Shown one piece after another: positions 13,126 to 25,200 of a stretch of 64,000 nucleotides of DNA; the stretch's first letter is position 1, and the number at the start of each line of letters is the position of its first letter. Under the pieces are notes generated by a model, which worked only from the letters and a program-made list of their open reading frames with translations, did not search any database and was not told the origin of the DNA. Position numbers and translations under genes: made by a program. Source of the DNA: Felis catus (lineage: Eukaryota); the NCBI RefSeq assembly GCF_018350175.1, contig NC_058368.1:197162001-197226000 (forward strand), given 5' to 3'.

Positions 13126-13239
13126 CTAGAACAGCCGGGCTTGCTTCTTCAGTTCATTCCTCTTCCAGAGGGCCAGCCGGTCAAACTCAGAGATGGTCAT
13201 GCCGAAGACCTGGTAGAACTCCTCCTGGGACAGGTGGCG
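13126..13239 (-). CDS. ABLIM3: ABLIM3 terminal coding exon: [37 protein letters not shown], villin headpiece
   Basis: ccttatttcag|CGC...TTC TAG; headpiece signature HLSxEEFxxVFGM...LxLWKRxxLKK. Confidence 0.97.
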   Translation of the reverse strand, partial: RHLSQEEFYQVFGMTISEFDRLALWKRNELKKQARLF

Positions 13240-16200
13240 CTGAAATAAGGTGGGAGGGGACAGAGAGGGAACGCTTGAGGATGTGAGGTGGAGGCTGGGG
13301 GCAGGTGCAGGCAGAAGCGGACCCTGTGCGTATCCTCTGGGGGTGCCGTGCTTGGCGCAGTGTGTGACCCACAGGGGTGTGGGCTGCGTAGATGTCAAAT
13401 GGCAGACCGTGTGCATGAATGCTTCCTCAGAGGGGCTTCTGTAGCTGGTCTGGAGAGGCCCCCCCCCCCTGCCCAAGACTCAGTGGGGATTCTAGACTTC
13501 ACCTAAGTGCCTCCTCTCCATGCTTCATGGCTGACCCCACCCGCCCGCATCCTGCTGCCTGCATTCTGTGCCCCAGGGGGTGTATGGATGAACGCTATTC
13601 CTCCTTCCTTTGGGAGTAAAAGGGGGTCATATCCAAGACTTTAGGGTGCACTTCCTCTTATTAATATTTTTACAGATGGTCCGGAAGGCTGTCCCTCAGG
13701 CTGGTCAATGAAAAAAAACTGCTGTTCCTATTTCCCCACCCACGGAATTGTCCTTTCGTATCTGTCTTATATGAAAAGAAATAGGTCACATAATGAAACA
13801 TGGTTCTGCATTCCTTAGCCAGTTTCCCCCCCTCCTTTCTGCCTTCCCGACCTCTTGCCCTTCCAAGCAGCCTAGAAAGTCGATACGTTGTCAAAAGCTT
13901 TCAGAGTTAGAAATATATGGCACCTGAAATGTGGCAACATGTTAACAATTCCTGCATTTAGGTGAAAGGTAGAAGGGTGTTCATTTTACTCTTCTTGCAA
14001 CTTTTCTGGAGGCCTGAACTTTTTCAACATAAAATTTAACATTATGTTTGAAGAGAGAAATATCTGGCACATATCCTGCCTGCAAACTTACTGGAATCAC
14101 TGAGATGCCCTGTCGGTCGCCACGATGTTAGCTAACTGAAGACTGAAGGAGAGATTCACCGAGAATTCTGTATACAGCCACGCAGTAATTAGCCAATTCC
14201 CCGCCTATGTGAACTAATACTTTGGCCACATTTCCAGATCTTGAGGCAAAGGTAATTTTGATATTTTTGATAGATAATATTGGTTGCTGGTGACTCTGAG
14301 CTGATGTTTCAATATGTAACGATATTTAACAACCCCAGCAACCCCTTGCATTGCATTTCTGTTATGCTCAATACCCATCACTGCATGATCGCCCCCATTT
14401 TTCTCACTGAATCCTTCCAACAACTCTGAAAAACAAATTATTTCTATCCAGTTGAAAGATGAGAAAACCAAAAGTCAAACAGTTAAAATGACTAACTCGG
14501 CCGAAAGGGAGGGAGGGCAGGTGGGAGGGAGGCCGGGGTAAGCAGCAGAGCGGAGACCGAAGGCTAGGCTTTCTGATTCCAAACACAGTGCACGATGTTG
14601 CCCCCTTGGGCAACCCCATCACAAATTCATAAGTAATCCTTTCTATTATGGAAAAATTTCAAAAATACTCAAAAGGGAGGAAATCACAAAATGCGTACAT
14701 CTATGCCCATCAGCCAGATTCAACAGCTGTCAAGGGTTTGTTAGGTTTGCTTCATCTTTTTTTTTTTTTTCTGAAGTATTCAAAGCACATCTTAGACACT
14801 GTGTCAGTTCATGCCTATGTGCTGCAACACGTATCTCCCCTAGAGATCTCAAAACATCTCAAAGCCTACCGGACATCTTCTTTCCTAAAAACAGTTCACA
14901 GTACTTCCTCACAATCACCTAATACCTGTCCAGAAGAAAATGCCCCTAACTGTCTCAACAATGTCTTCTTGTTGTAGTTTGTCTCTTTGAACAAGGGGGC
15001 CAACGGCACCCACAAATCACATGTGGTTCTTAGGTCCCTTCAGTCTCTGTGGGGCCAGACAGTGCTTTCTTTTGTCCATGCCGTTGACTTGTCCATAGTT
15101 GTCCCACCCACACTCAAGTCAGTGCTGAGAAATGATGTGGATGTGAGGGATTTCTCTTCTCAGTTCCTTCCACAGTAAACACTTAGGGGAACTGTAATTT
15201 AACCTCCATCTGTTTTGTTGTTGTTGTTGTTCTTGTGGAGGGTGATGGCTATGGTTGATTCCCTAGTTCATCCTCTCTGCTGTGCCCCCAAATCTTTTCT
15301 ATGAGTCTCCATGTAAAGGAATGGCAGACTCAACTTGAGAACATGCTGGGGGAGACTGAGGCTCTCCCGCTCCCCCTCTGTGAAGGACCAGCTGCTGCCC
15401 CCTTTCTTTTTTCTCTTCATGTGTCTGTCACATGGTGGGGGGGTCTGGTCCTCATTTCATTTGATTTCATTTCCGCCTCATCCTCTTCCCTGTGCTCATG
15501 TGACCCAGCCACACTCACCACCTGCTTTCCTCACCTGTGACAGGGCCTTGGCAGTGGCCGTTCCCTCTGCCGAGGATGCTCTTCCTCCTCATATAAGTGT
15601 GGCTAACTAAATGGTTCACCTATTTCAGGTCTTTGTTCAGATGTCACATTTGCAGCGAGATCACTCTGACCACCCCTATTTAACACTGCAACTTACCTCT
15701 CCCTCTAAACCCCAATTCTCCGCTGTCCTTTCACCTCTTCCCTCAGCCCGGTTAGTTTCCCATGTTCCAGATCATTTATTTATTATTTGTGTCATTTAGT
15801 GTCTGTCTCCTCATGCGAGAACGCCAGCTCCAAGGGGGCAGGGGTCCCTGTTTTGTTCACTGGTATACTGCAAACCCTGAGAACAGGACCTGGCCTATAT
15901 AATAGACTTTCAGTAAGTATTTTTGGGGGGAATGACAGTCTGCACTCTGAGCTCCTTGAGGAGCTCTTCAGTCCGGAGGGGACCCGGGCAGTGTCTGTAG
16001 CCCCGTGGTCTCAGCTCGGGCTCCATGTTAGACATCCCTGGAAGCCTCTCTGATGCCTGAGCTCCTTCCCCAGATTGCGATCGAATTGGTCTAGGCTGGG
16101 GCGTGGTATAGTTGTTTTTAAGAAGCTCCCTGGCTGATTCTTAGGGCAGGGTGAGCTTCCTTGATCAGAGCTTCTGGGTATCCTGGAGGATGTACGAGGG

Positions 16201-19200
16201 CAATTGGTCCTCCAGGATGAACCAGGTTCCCGAACCTCATTTCTATCCCTGAATGCTGGCTCCACTGAGCTGCTGTGGGAGCTGTCCCCTTCAGCACCAG
16301 CAGCCACTCACTGCTACAGTAAAGGAGGCCCTCGTAAAAGTGGGGATAATCACGTTGCTAGGCTGCTAGCCCAGCACGCTGGAGTTGGAAGGACTCACAA
16401 AACTTCTTGGTCTACTCACATTCCCCTCCCTCTGTCCCAACCCTTTGTTCTGGGCAAAACCTCGGCAGTCAGTTGAAGGGCGGTTGATATGCTCATCCCA
16501 AGGGCTGTTGAACCTCCTTTCTTAGAAGCATTCAATTCCACAAACATTTTCCAGTACTTCCCCTGGTCCGAGCCCCATGGTAGAGGACTGACTGCCTCTG
16601 TCAGGCAGAGGAAACAGATAGTTCGTTGCTCTGATACAAGAGAGGGGAAGAGCTGCTTGATCTGCACTCTGGACACAGGGCTGGGGGGGGGGGGAGCTGG
16701 GGGAGGTGTGAGGGACACATCCTGGGAAGGTGTGGGGGGCTCTGGGACATGGGCATCACTATGGGGGGCCCTGAGGAGTCAGGAGGCTGGCAAGATGGGA
16801 AGGGCATTCTAGGAGAGCGAGAGGCAGGGAGAGGCACAGTGGAAAAGGGCAGTATGCTCCTGGATCGGGGACCAGGGACTGGAACGCCAAGCCAAGTGGA
16901 GGAGACTGCTGGAAAGTCCGATGCCACATTCGGGCCAGCCTCTGTGCTTTGTTTATGCTGTTCCGCTGTTCATGATGCTCCCTCCCCCCTCTCCACCCAT
17001 CCAACCTGAGCCTTCAAAGTCCGTCCGCCCAGGTCACTGCCAGACTCTGTGCCAAGGGCTCTGTGTATAGTGTCTCACTTACTTCCGCTGGCACCTTGCG
17101 GGGAGCACCATGATTGCCCCACTCCACAGAGGGGAAAACTAAGGTTTGGAGAGGCTGTCACTTGGCCAAGCTGTCTTGCTGAGGGATGATGGCAGGGCAA
17201 GGGCTGCACCCGGAGTCTGACGTGAGACCACCTTATGCTTTTGCCTTCTACACAGCGCTGACTCCCCCATGCTCCCCACCCAGAGCACCGGTTTTCTGTA
17301 CCATCCTGCAGAAAACCAGTGCTGTGTTTCTTCTTAGCAACCAGTCAGCAGGCCCCTGAGAGCAGGGACCAAATCTAGCTCTTGTCTTAAGTCGACAGAA
17401 GCATCAGCGGGAGACGTGCTGAAGTTCTGCACCACAGATGCTCATCGGATTGGGAAGGCAGCACAGAGCGTCTCGACCTGGGCTCAAGGAACCAGGCTGG
17501 CATCCCTGCGTTTTCAACAAGCTGTGCGACCTTCAAGCTTTTCACTTTCTGCCTGCCCTCTCGAGCTGGGTTAGATCAGGCAACTCCTGGAATCCCTTCA
17601 AACCCAAAGGCGCCTGCTCAGTTTTCTATACTTACCTCTAAACGCGTCCGGTCCACATCCTTGGGCAGTCGATTTCTTCCTCTTGTGGTCACCAGCAGAA
17701 GTTCATAAGGGTAGATCTAAGGAGAAAGGACAGGGTTGGGGGGGGGTGGGGTTCCAGGTCAGGTGAAGGTGGTAGGCTTAGCCCTTCAGCCGCATGTTGT
17801 GTCTGGGCTCCCTCCTCTCCCCAGAAAGGGCCAGTGGTTAAAGTCTGGAGGAAGGGCTGGGTCTGTTCTTGGAGTTGCCTGACGGCCTCAAGGCACCTTC
17901 TCCCCAAAGGCAAAACCTGAATCCCCTAATACTGCTAAGAATAAGCTTGGTGGTGTTTGACATAAATTGGCACAAGGCCTCCTAATTGTAAACGTCTCAG
18001 GTCTCGTGATCGGCAAGCCTCCAGAAAGTCTCCGAGGCCCACAAGGAACTGTCTGATTTCAGCGGGCAAAAGACATAGGGTAGGATTCGGGGAAAGCTGG
18101 CCAGGGAGGGACCGGATACGCCGGTCTCAAGAGGACCCTTGAGGTTATTTATTCGATGTTCCCTTCCCTGCATAGATAGTGTGGTCATCCTCCTGCTGGC
18201 CCCCAATGGAGCGGCTCCCAGGGTCCCAGAGACCCCCAGGGTCAACGCATCTCCTTTACCTTGTACTCTGTAGAGAGAAAAGAGACACACACAAAATGGA
18301 AATACATTGGTTTTTGCTTTGCACCACTACACTGGCCTCTGTCTGAGAGACCCTGTCCTTGTTGAATTCAGCCCAAATCAAGGCTGGTATAAACGTAAAG
18401 GATTGGCTAGAGATGGGGGTTGGGCTGATCCAGAGATAGGGTTTTCGACGAGAAGTGACTTTTGAGATAATTAGAACAGAAAAAGGAGGAGATTGTGAAA
18501 CACATGGGCAAGATCACCTATCTTCCAGAGGAATCCTCCCGGGTTTTGGTGCAGCCTCGTCCACCTGCCTGAGCCCGCTTGTAGGAATTGCTGGGGGCTG
18601 GCGGGAGAGCATCGCTGGCAGAGAGCATGAAGCTCATGGAATGTTCGCTGGGAACAATGTGCATTTGGCTCCGAGAGTTTCCCTCCCCCCCGGGGCTGGC
18701 AGGCAAGTCTAGCCGAGCAGTACTGGGACGACGGCATTCTGCAATGGCTCTGGGAACCCAGATGGGACAGATGGCCTGGAGATCACCCAAGGCCAGGGAC
18801 TTGAGAGGAGGAGGGAAGAGGAGGGGAAGAGGGAGGGAGTGGGAAGGGAAAGGGAGTGTGGGAACTCGGGGTTTGGACAGAGCCCAGCGTAGGGCCAGAA
18901 TCTGTAGTGATCCTTTGCAGAAGGTGAAGACACAGTTACGAGCAGTGCGTCCAAAGCTGCTGTGGGTCCCAGGACGGAGTGGCACTCACCTCGCATGCCC
19001 CAGTTGACGGCATTCATGCTGTCATAGTGGAAGAGGTCTGCGCTGGGTGTCTGCAGGGGAGATAGAGCGAGGGCTGGCCTGAGCGAGCTCACTGCTGCCT
19101 CCCTGGGGCCATTACCCACCTCCAGAAAATGGCCTGGGGCTGATGGGACATGGCCTCAGAGAAGCCCCAGTCTTAAGTCAGGGGGACCCACTTCACTGGC

Positions 19201-22200
19201 ACATCCCTGGTGCCTAGGCGCAGCACATAGTTAGGCACCCTATAAATATTCATTTCTTGGTGAACTACATTCCCTGCCTTCTCTCACTGCTCAAATACCG
19301 CTCTTCCTATGAAATCTGTCCTGGCAATTCTATTTAAAATTGCAAATTGCCGCCCTCCCTCCCCAAGCTCCCAATCCCCCTCATCCTGCTCACTGTTTCC
19401 CTCCCCACCCTCCCCCGCCATAGCACTCACTACCTTCTACAGTCTATATAGTTTGACTTGCATACTACTTACTACTTGCTTTCTGTTTCTCTCTACAAGA
19501 ATGTAAGCTCCAACGAGCAGGGGTCACTGATGTATTCCAAGCACCCAGAGGAGCACCCGACGTATGTAAAAGGCTTTCCATAAATATCTGTTCCGTGACC
19601 CAATGTCTAGGCTCCGGAATTGTTAACATCTTGGGGGCAATGTCTCAGCACGGCCTCTCTTACCCTGTGTAGCCCATTTCTTCGGTAGGCAGGCAGGGAG
19701 GCAGATTTGGAGATGAGGGGGTCTGAAAAGAAACAGCCAAACAATTACCAGGCGTCCCAAGCCAGGGGTCCCTCTCCTTGAGGCTATCTGGCCTCTGCTA
19801 ACGGCCAATACTGTCCCCCAACCCCGTGGGAAGCGGGAAGGAAAGGGGCCACCGGCTCCTCCCCCTGCTCTGCAGACTGGCAGCTGACTCAGGGATGCCT
19901 CCCCCGGCAGAATTCCAGGGCCACCTGAAGCACACGTGCACAGTCTTCTGGCCTCACCCTGCACACACCTCCCACATGTACGAACCTCCCGTGACGAACC
20001 CCTGCGTCCTGGCCACCGGCGGCTCTGGACGCAGGCCCTGGATTTGGAGTTGGGCTCAGAGCCCAGACAGGCAGGCTCTCGTGTGGGTAGAAGAGACGCG
20101 TGCTCTTCCTTTCTCTCTGGGGGCTACTGGGCACGGCAACTTTGGTTCCAGAACCAAAAACTGAGGCCTACATCTGACAGACACGGTGGGGTGGGCTATT
20201 TGAGTTCGGGATCGTGTTGGGACATCACAGCTCCGGGGGACCCGCCTCCAGCTCTGGCTCTCACAAGACGCGACAGGCTGAAGGGAGGGCAGGCAGAACA
20301 TACCGCTGTCAGCCAGGTAGTGCGACCGAGGGGCTGCAAGAAAGAAAAGCCAGACAGCCGTGTTCGTGGGGGCAGACGGACACGGTGGAAGGTTCATGGG
20401 GACAAACAGACACGGCTCCCATTCCTGGGCTACCCTGGCTGGTGGGGAGGAGGGGCCTCCTTCGCCACCTCTCTTCCCACTGGTCAGTTTTCAGTCGCTA
20501 CACCTGCCCCGCATGCCCCCTCCCCCGCCCAGCACCCCGGTGCAAAGCGGGTGCTCTGTGACATTTGCTGCACAGAGGCCACTGGACGGAACTGTGTTTT
20601 GAGCGACTCTGGCGCACTGCACAGAACCCAGAGCCAGAGGCTGAAAACACTGCCCCTTGGCAGTCAAACAGGGAAACAGGCACGTCGATGTATCCTGGCT
20701 CTGCCACTGGCCGATACCTAACTGCTACAAGTTACTTAATCATGCTTTGGTTTTCTCATCGTAAAACGGGGAGGGGTAGTGTCTCCCGTATAGGGTTACT
20801 GTGAACAATAAATGATATACGATGATTCCATAAGGTATTAGCCCGGTGCCTGTCACCATACAAAGCACCAAGCAAAATTGACTTTATCACCTTCACCACC
20901 ACCGCCATCTCAGTCTCGCCTAAAGTCGAGGTGCAGCAGGGAAAAGAGGGAACAGCTTATGGCCTTGGAGTCACTCTGACTTGGGTCCGACCCCACTTGG
21001 CTCTGTCACTTACAGACTTGTGAGTGGCCTTGGGCAAGCAGTCTCTCATCTATATCTCATCTATATCTCATCTATATCTCATCTCTCAGGTCTCTCATCT
21101 ATAAAGTGGGTGATAATAATCCCTCGACATCGCCAGTCTTTGTGAGGACCAAGAGCGATAATGTATTTACGAGTGGCGGGCATAGGGGATTATCCATTAA
21201 GTATTGAGTGGAGATAGGGTTTCCCAGCAAGACTGACTCCCACAGGGGTAAGGGAGGGAGGGAAGCATGTGTGTGTCCAGGAACAGGGAGGAATTTACAA
21301 TGAGAGGATCTCTGGGCAAAGTGCCTGCTCCAAGGTTCTTCTTGTTTTCTTCCTGTGATGGGAGGCTTACTACCTCAAGAGGCAGTCACTTATATCGTTG
21401 AGCCATTCGGGCTATTAGGGGACATTTCTCTTTGCGCTGAGTCTGACCGAAAGTCACAGCTTCAGACGCCCCAGAGAAACAGGTGCCCGCTCAGGGCAGA
21501 GCATGGTCTTAGTGCCCCAGACAGCACCTCACCAAGTGTGTATTCTAGACCCAGGCAAGGCCATAAGGACTTTAAGATTCATTCAGGGAGTTGGAAGGAA
21601 GTGTTCCCACCCCCACAGACTTCCAGGGCGGTGCTTACAGCCATTGAGGGACATGTCATAGCCAGCTGTGTGCAGGGCCTCCCGGCTGCTGGTGGAGCTC
21701 CGGGGTGGGGTCCAGGGATCCGCGTAGGAGCTGGACCGGGCCTTCATCTCCTCCTTCAGAATCAGCCGGCCAATTCCACTCTGGAGCTGGGTGTGGGGGA
21801 GGGGCGAGATGGAGTCAGAAGGAGGCAAAGAACACTGAGCCGGAGCAGGCTTGGGGAGAAGGGTGGGTGACTAGATTCTGGTGAACCTCTGTCATTTTTG
21901 CCTTCCCCAAACCCCGCAACCCCTTCTCGCAACCCCACAGCTTCATTTGGGACTTCGTCCCTCTCCCACAATCAGTGCCGTGGTCTGGGGATGGGGAGGA
22001 GTCTCCGGTGGAGGGCACTGGAAGTGGGCCTGGCCAACGGCACATGGACAGATGGCTCTAGCTGGGCCAGCGAGGGCCTTCCTTGGGACTCTTGTCACTG
22101 GCACCCGTGTCTTTTTAAAAAAATTGTTATAGAGGTGACATTCACATAACACACAATTAACCACCTTTATCTAGTCCCGAACATTGTTTATCACCCCCCA

Positions 22201-25200
22201 AAAAGACCCTGTCTCTGCTTCCCTCTCCTCCTGGGCCCTGGTATTCACGAGTTTGCGTTCTGTCTCTGTGCATCGACCTGTTCTGGACATCTCCTAGAAA
22301 CGGGATCATCCAACGGGTGGGCTTTTGTGACTGGCTTCTTTCACTAAACATACGGTTTTCGAGGTTCATCCACATGGTGGCCTGTATCATTACGTCATTC
22401 CTTTTTGGGTCTGAGTAACAGCCCATTGGACGGGTACACCGCGTCTTGCTTATCCATTTGGGCAATGATGGACATGTGGGTGGCGTCCACCTTTTGGCTA
22501 TCGTGCAAAGTGCGGCTAGGAGGATCCATACACGTGCGCTTGTTCGAGTCCCAGGTTCCCATTCTTCTGGGTAAATTACCCAGGAACGGAATTGCCAGCC
22601 TTTCCCTGGTGGCTGCACCCCTCTCCATTCCCACCGGCGGCGCGTGAGAATAACCTGCCCGAGCACCGGGGCAGCGCAGACGTGAGCCAGCCCAAGAGAA
22701 GGGAGAGACAACCTTCCTACGGCAATTAGTTGAGCGGCTGGATCTAGTCATACCGGAAACTCCCCCTACCGTTTGACTTTTTTGGTTATGCAAGGCTGTA
22801 TGTCTCTTTTCTTTACCATAAGTGGGTTTGAATTCGGTTTCTGTCCCTGTCAAATGAAAAAATCCTCAGTAACATACCGCCTAGGCATCTCACCCAGGGG
22901 GTAGCCTGCTCACCTTGTGCATGCTGCGGTCAAAGTCGTCTTCCTCTCCTCCAGATGAGAACCTTCTGGCTCGGGGCACTGACAAAAGACAGCTAGGATC
23001 AGCTCCCGCGTGTGTTCCCCACTCAGCCTGCCCCCGGCAGAGGGCCCAGAGGGACACAGAGCCTCGACAGGTGAGGGGTTTCCTTTCAGTCCGCCACTTT
23101 CCAGCCGAGTGACCCCGATGGAGTGTGGGTCTCCTGTATGGGAAGGCCCAGCAGCCCTTCCCATTCTTGGCCATGAAGGGCAGGTGAAGCCAACTGCCCA
23201 AACACAGCCAATGAGCCTCAACATTGGGACTTTTCTTGCTGCTGGCGGGAGAGAGAAGCCCTCTTTCTGCCAAGGATAGGCCTGGGAGAGCCTAGACCTG
23301 CTGGAGTTCATCCTGCCATATGATAAGGGCAGACCCAGCCTGAGAACGGAGCCACCCCGGGGACAGGACCAGCCCCAATGACGGCCATTCACCTCTGGAT
23401 CCAGCTGTGCCTCAAAGACTTTCACTCTCATGACCCAGAAAATCTTTGCTTTGGCTTAAGCCATTTGGAGTTTTTTTTCCCCTCTTTTTGGGTTTATTCT
23501 TTTGTGGTTGCAATGGTCTAAGATCCCTCTGCCCACCCCCCCCCCCATGCCTCCCCAAAACACATAGCTCTCGAAGATCGCTGTCTGCTTTAGGATGTAG
23601 TTGCTTGTGTCTTATCTCCTTTCCCAAACGGAGAATTTTTTGAGGGCAAGGCAGGGCCCATCTCCGAGCTCCCATGAAGCTTTGCTCAGAATGGACATTC
23701 AGTCAGTAAAGGTATGCACTGAATCAAAATGGAGCTTGATGACAATGTGCCCCCATGCTTCATGGGTGGGGACCCATCTCCCCAGCTGGAGATGTCTGAC
23801 CGCGTGGGATGGCGCCATCAAGACCCCCTGCCAGGGTAAACTCCCTTTTCTATCTTCCGAACCATTTTCCAACCCACAGCCAAAGTGGTCTCTTAAACAC
23901 ACACACATCTGATCCTGTCACTCTCAATGGTTTCTTACTGTTTAGGATAAAGACCCACATCGTACCTCAATGCACAAGGCCCCATGGGATGTGGTCCCTC
24001 AGCCCGCACCTGCTTCCCTCCCTCTCTGGCTCCAGGTTAAGCTGACAGCCTTTCCTTTCCTCCAGTGGAACCCGCCCTCCCACCTGGGGTCTTTGCAGAT
24101 GTCCTTCTATACCCTGCTGGCTTATGTCCTCCCCACTCTTCCTGTGGCAGCTGAGTATCTGCTTTGAGAAGGTTCCATCACGTTCTAGACTGGACTGCAT
24201 GGCCCCTCCCATAAGCTCCTCTACCTCCGTGTATCACTTCCCGTACATCACTTCCCTCTCCAGCGGGGACCTAGGTCTCCTCCTCTATTTTGCTCCCCGT
24301 TCACTCATTAGGGCCCAGGGCTGGCCTTCAATACATACATACATTCATACATTTGCCGAATGAATAAATGAACAATTGTGTGAAGGAGTGGGCAACCGTC
24401 CTAGCCCCGCTGTGTCCCTGGCACAGGTGACAGGGCTCTGGTCCAGGCTCCTCTGTGGGGCGCGTTACCTTTGGGGGACCCATGGTAGGTCCAGTACTCA
24501 GACTCTGCAGCATAGTAGGGGTCTGGTGAGTAGGCTGGACTATATTTGGAGGCCTGGCTGATGTCTTCACTTGTTTTGCTTTTGGTTGCTGTTGACAAAT
24601 CGCCTGCAAAGGACCCAAGGAGAGAGCTTCAGGGAGGCAGAGTGTCCTGGAACAGTGTACTATATACTCTCTTCCTGCCTCGGCCAGGCTCCAGCCTGCG
24701 GGAGGGAGGTCACTCTGAGGCCAGGGTCTAGGACATGGAGCATCAGAGCTGGAAGAGCCCTCAGGCCAAGCCCCCTCATGTTACAGTTGGGAATCTGAAC
24801 ACCAAAGAGGGCAAGGGGCTTACTGAAGACCACACAACAAGTAGACCAGAATGGGACCAGACGCCTGCCCAGGGCTCCTGCTACCACATTTCACAGACTC
24901 CCAGGGCTGCTCCCAAGAGAACACTAAGGCTGTGGCTCCTCCAAGTAAGATTAAGCAGGTCCCAGGTGATCCCATGTCCCTACCTTCCTCAGCCTCTAGA
25001 AACCTGCCTTGTTTTGTATTTGAGCCATACGTAGGGTGGGAGTCACCAACCAGGGCCACATGCTGCATATCAGATTTCCCCTCCCACTAAAATGCCACAT
25101 CTTGCTTGGGGAGACTCTATGGCCCAGAGAAAGAGCACTGTACAGGGTTCAACGATGCTGGGTTCTGGCCCCAGCTCTGCCACTTAACTAAGCTGTAACA

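Noticed and set aside
17717..18259. An extra exon like the insert that precedes the headpiece in long dematin and ABLIM1 isoforms
   Set aside because: I found no convincing acceptor/donor pair and no MDRGxSxP-like peptide in this intron.
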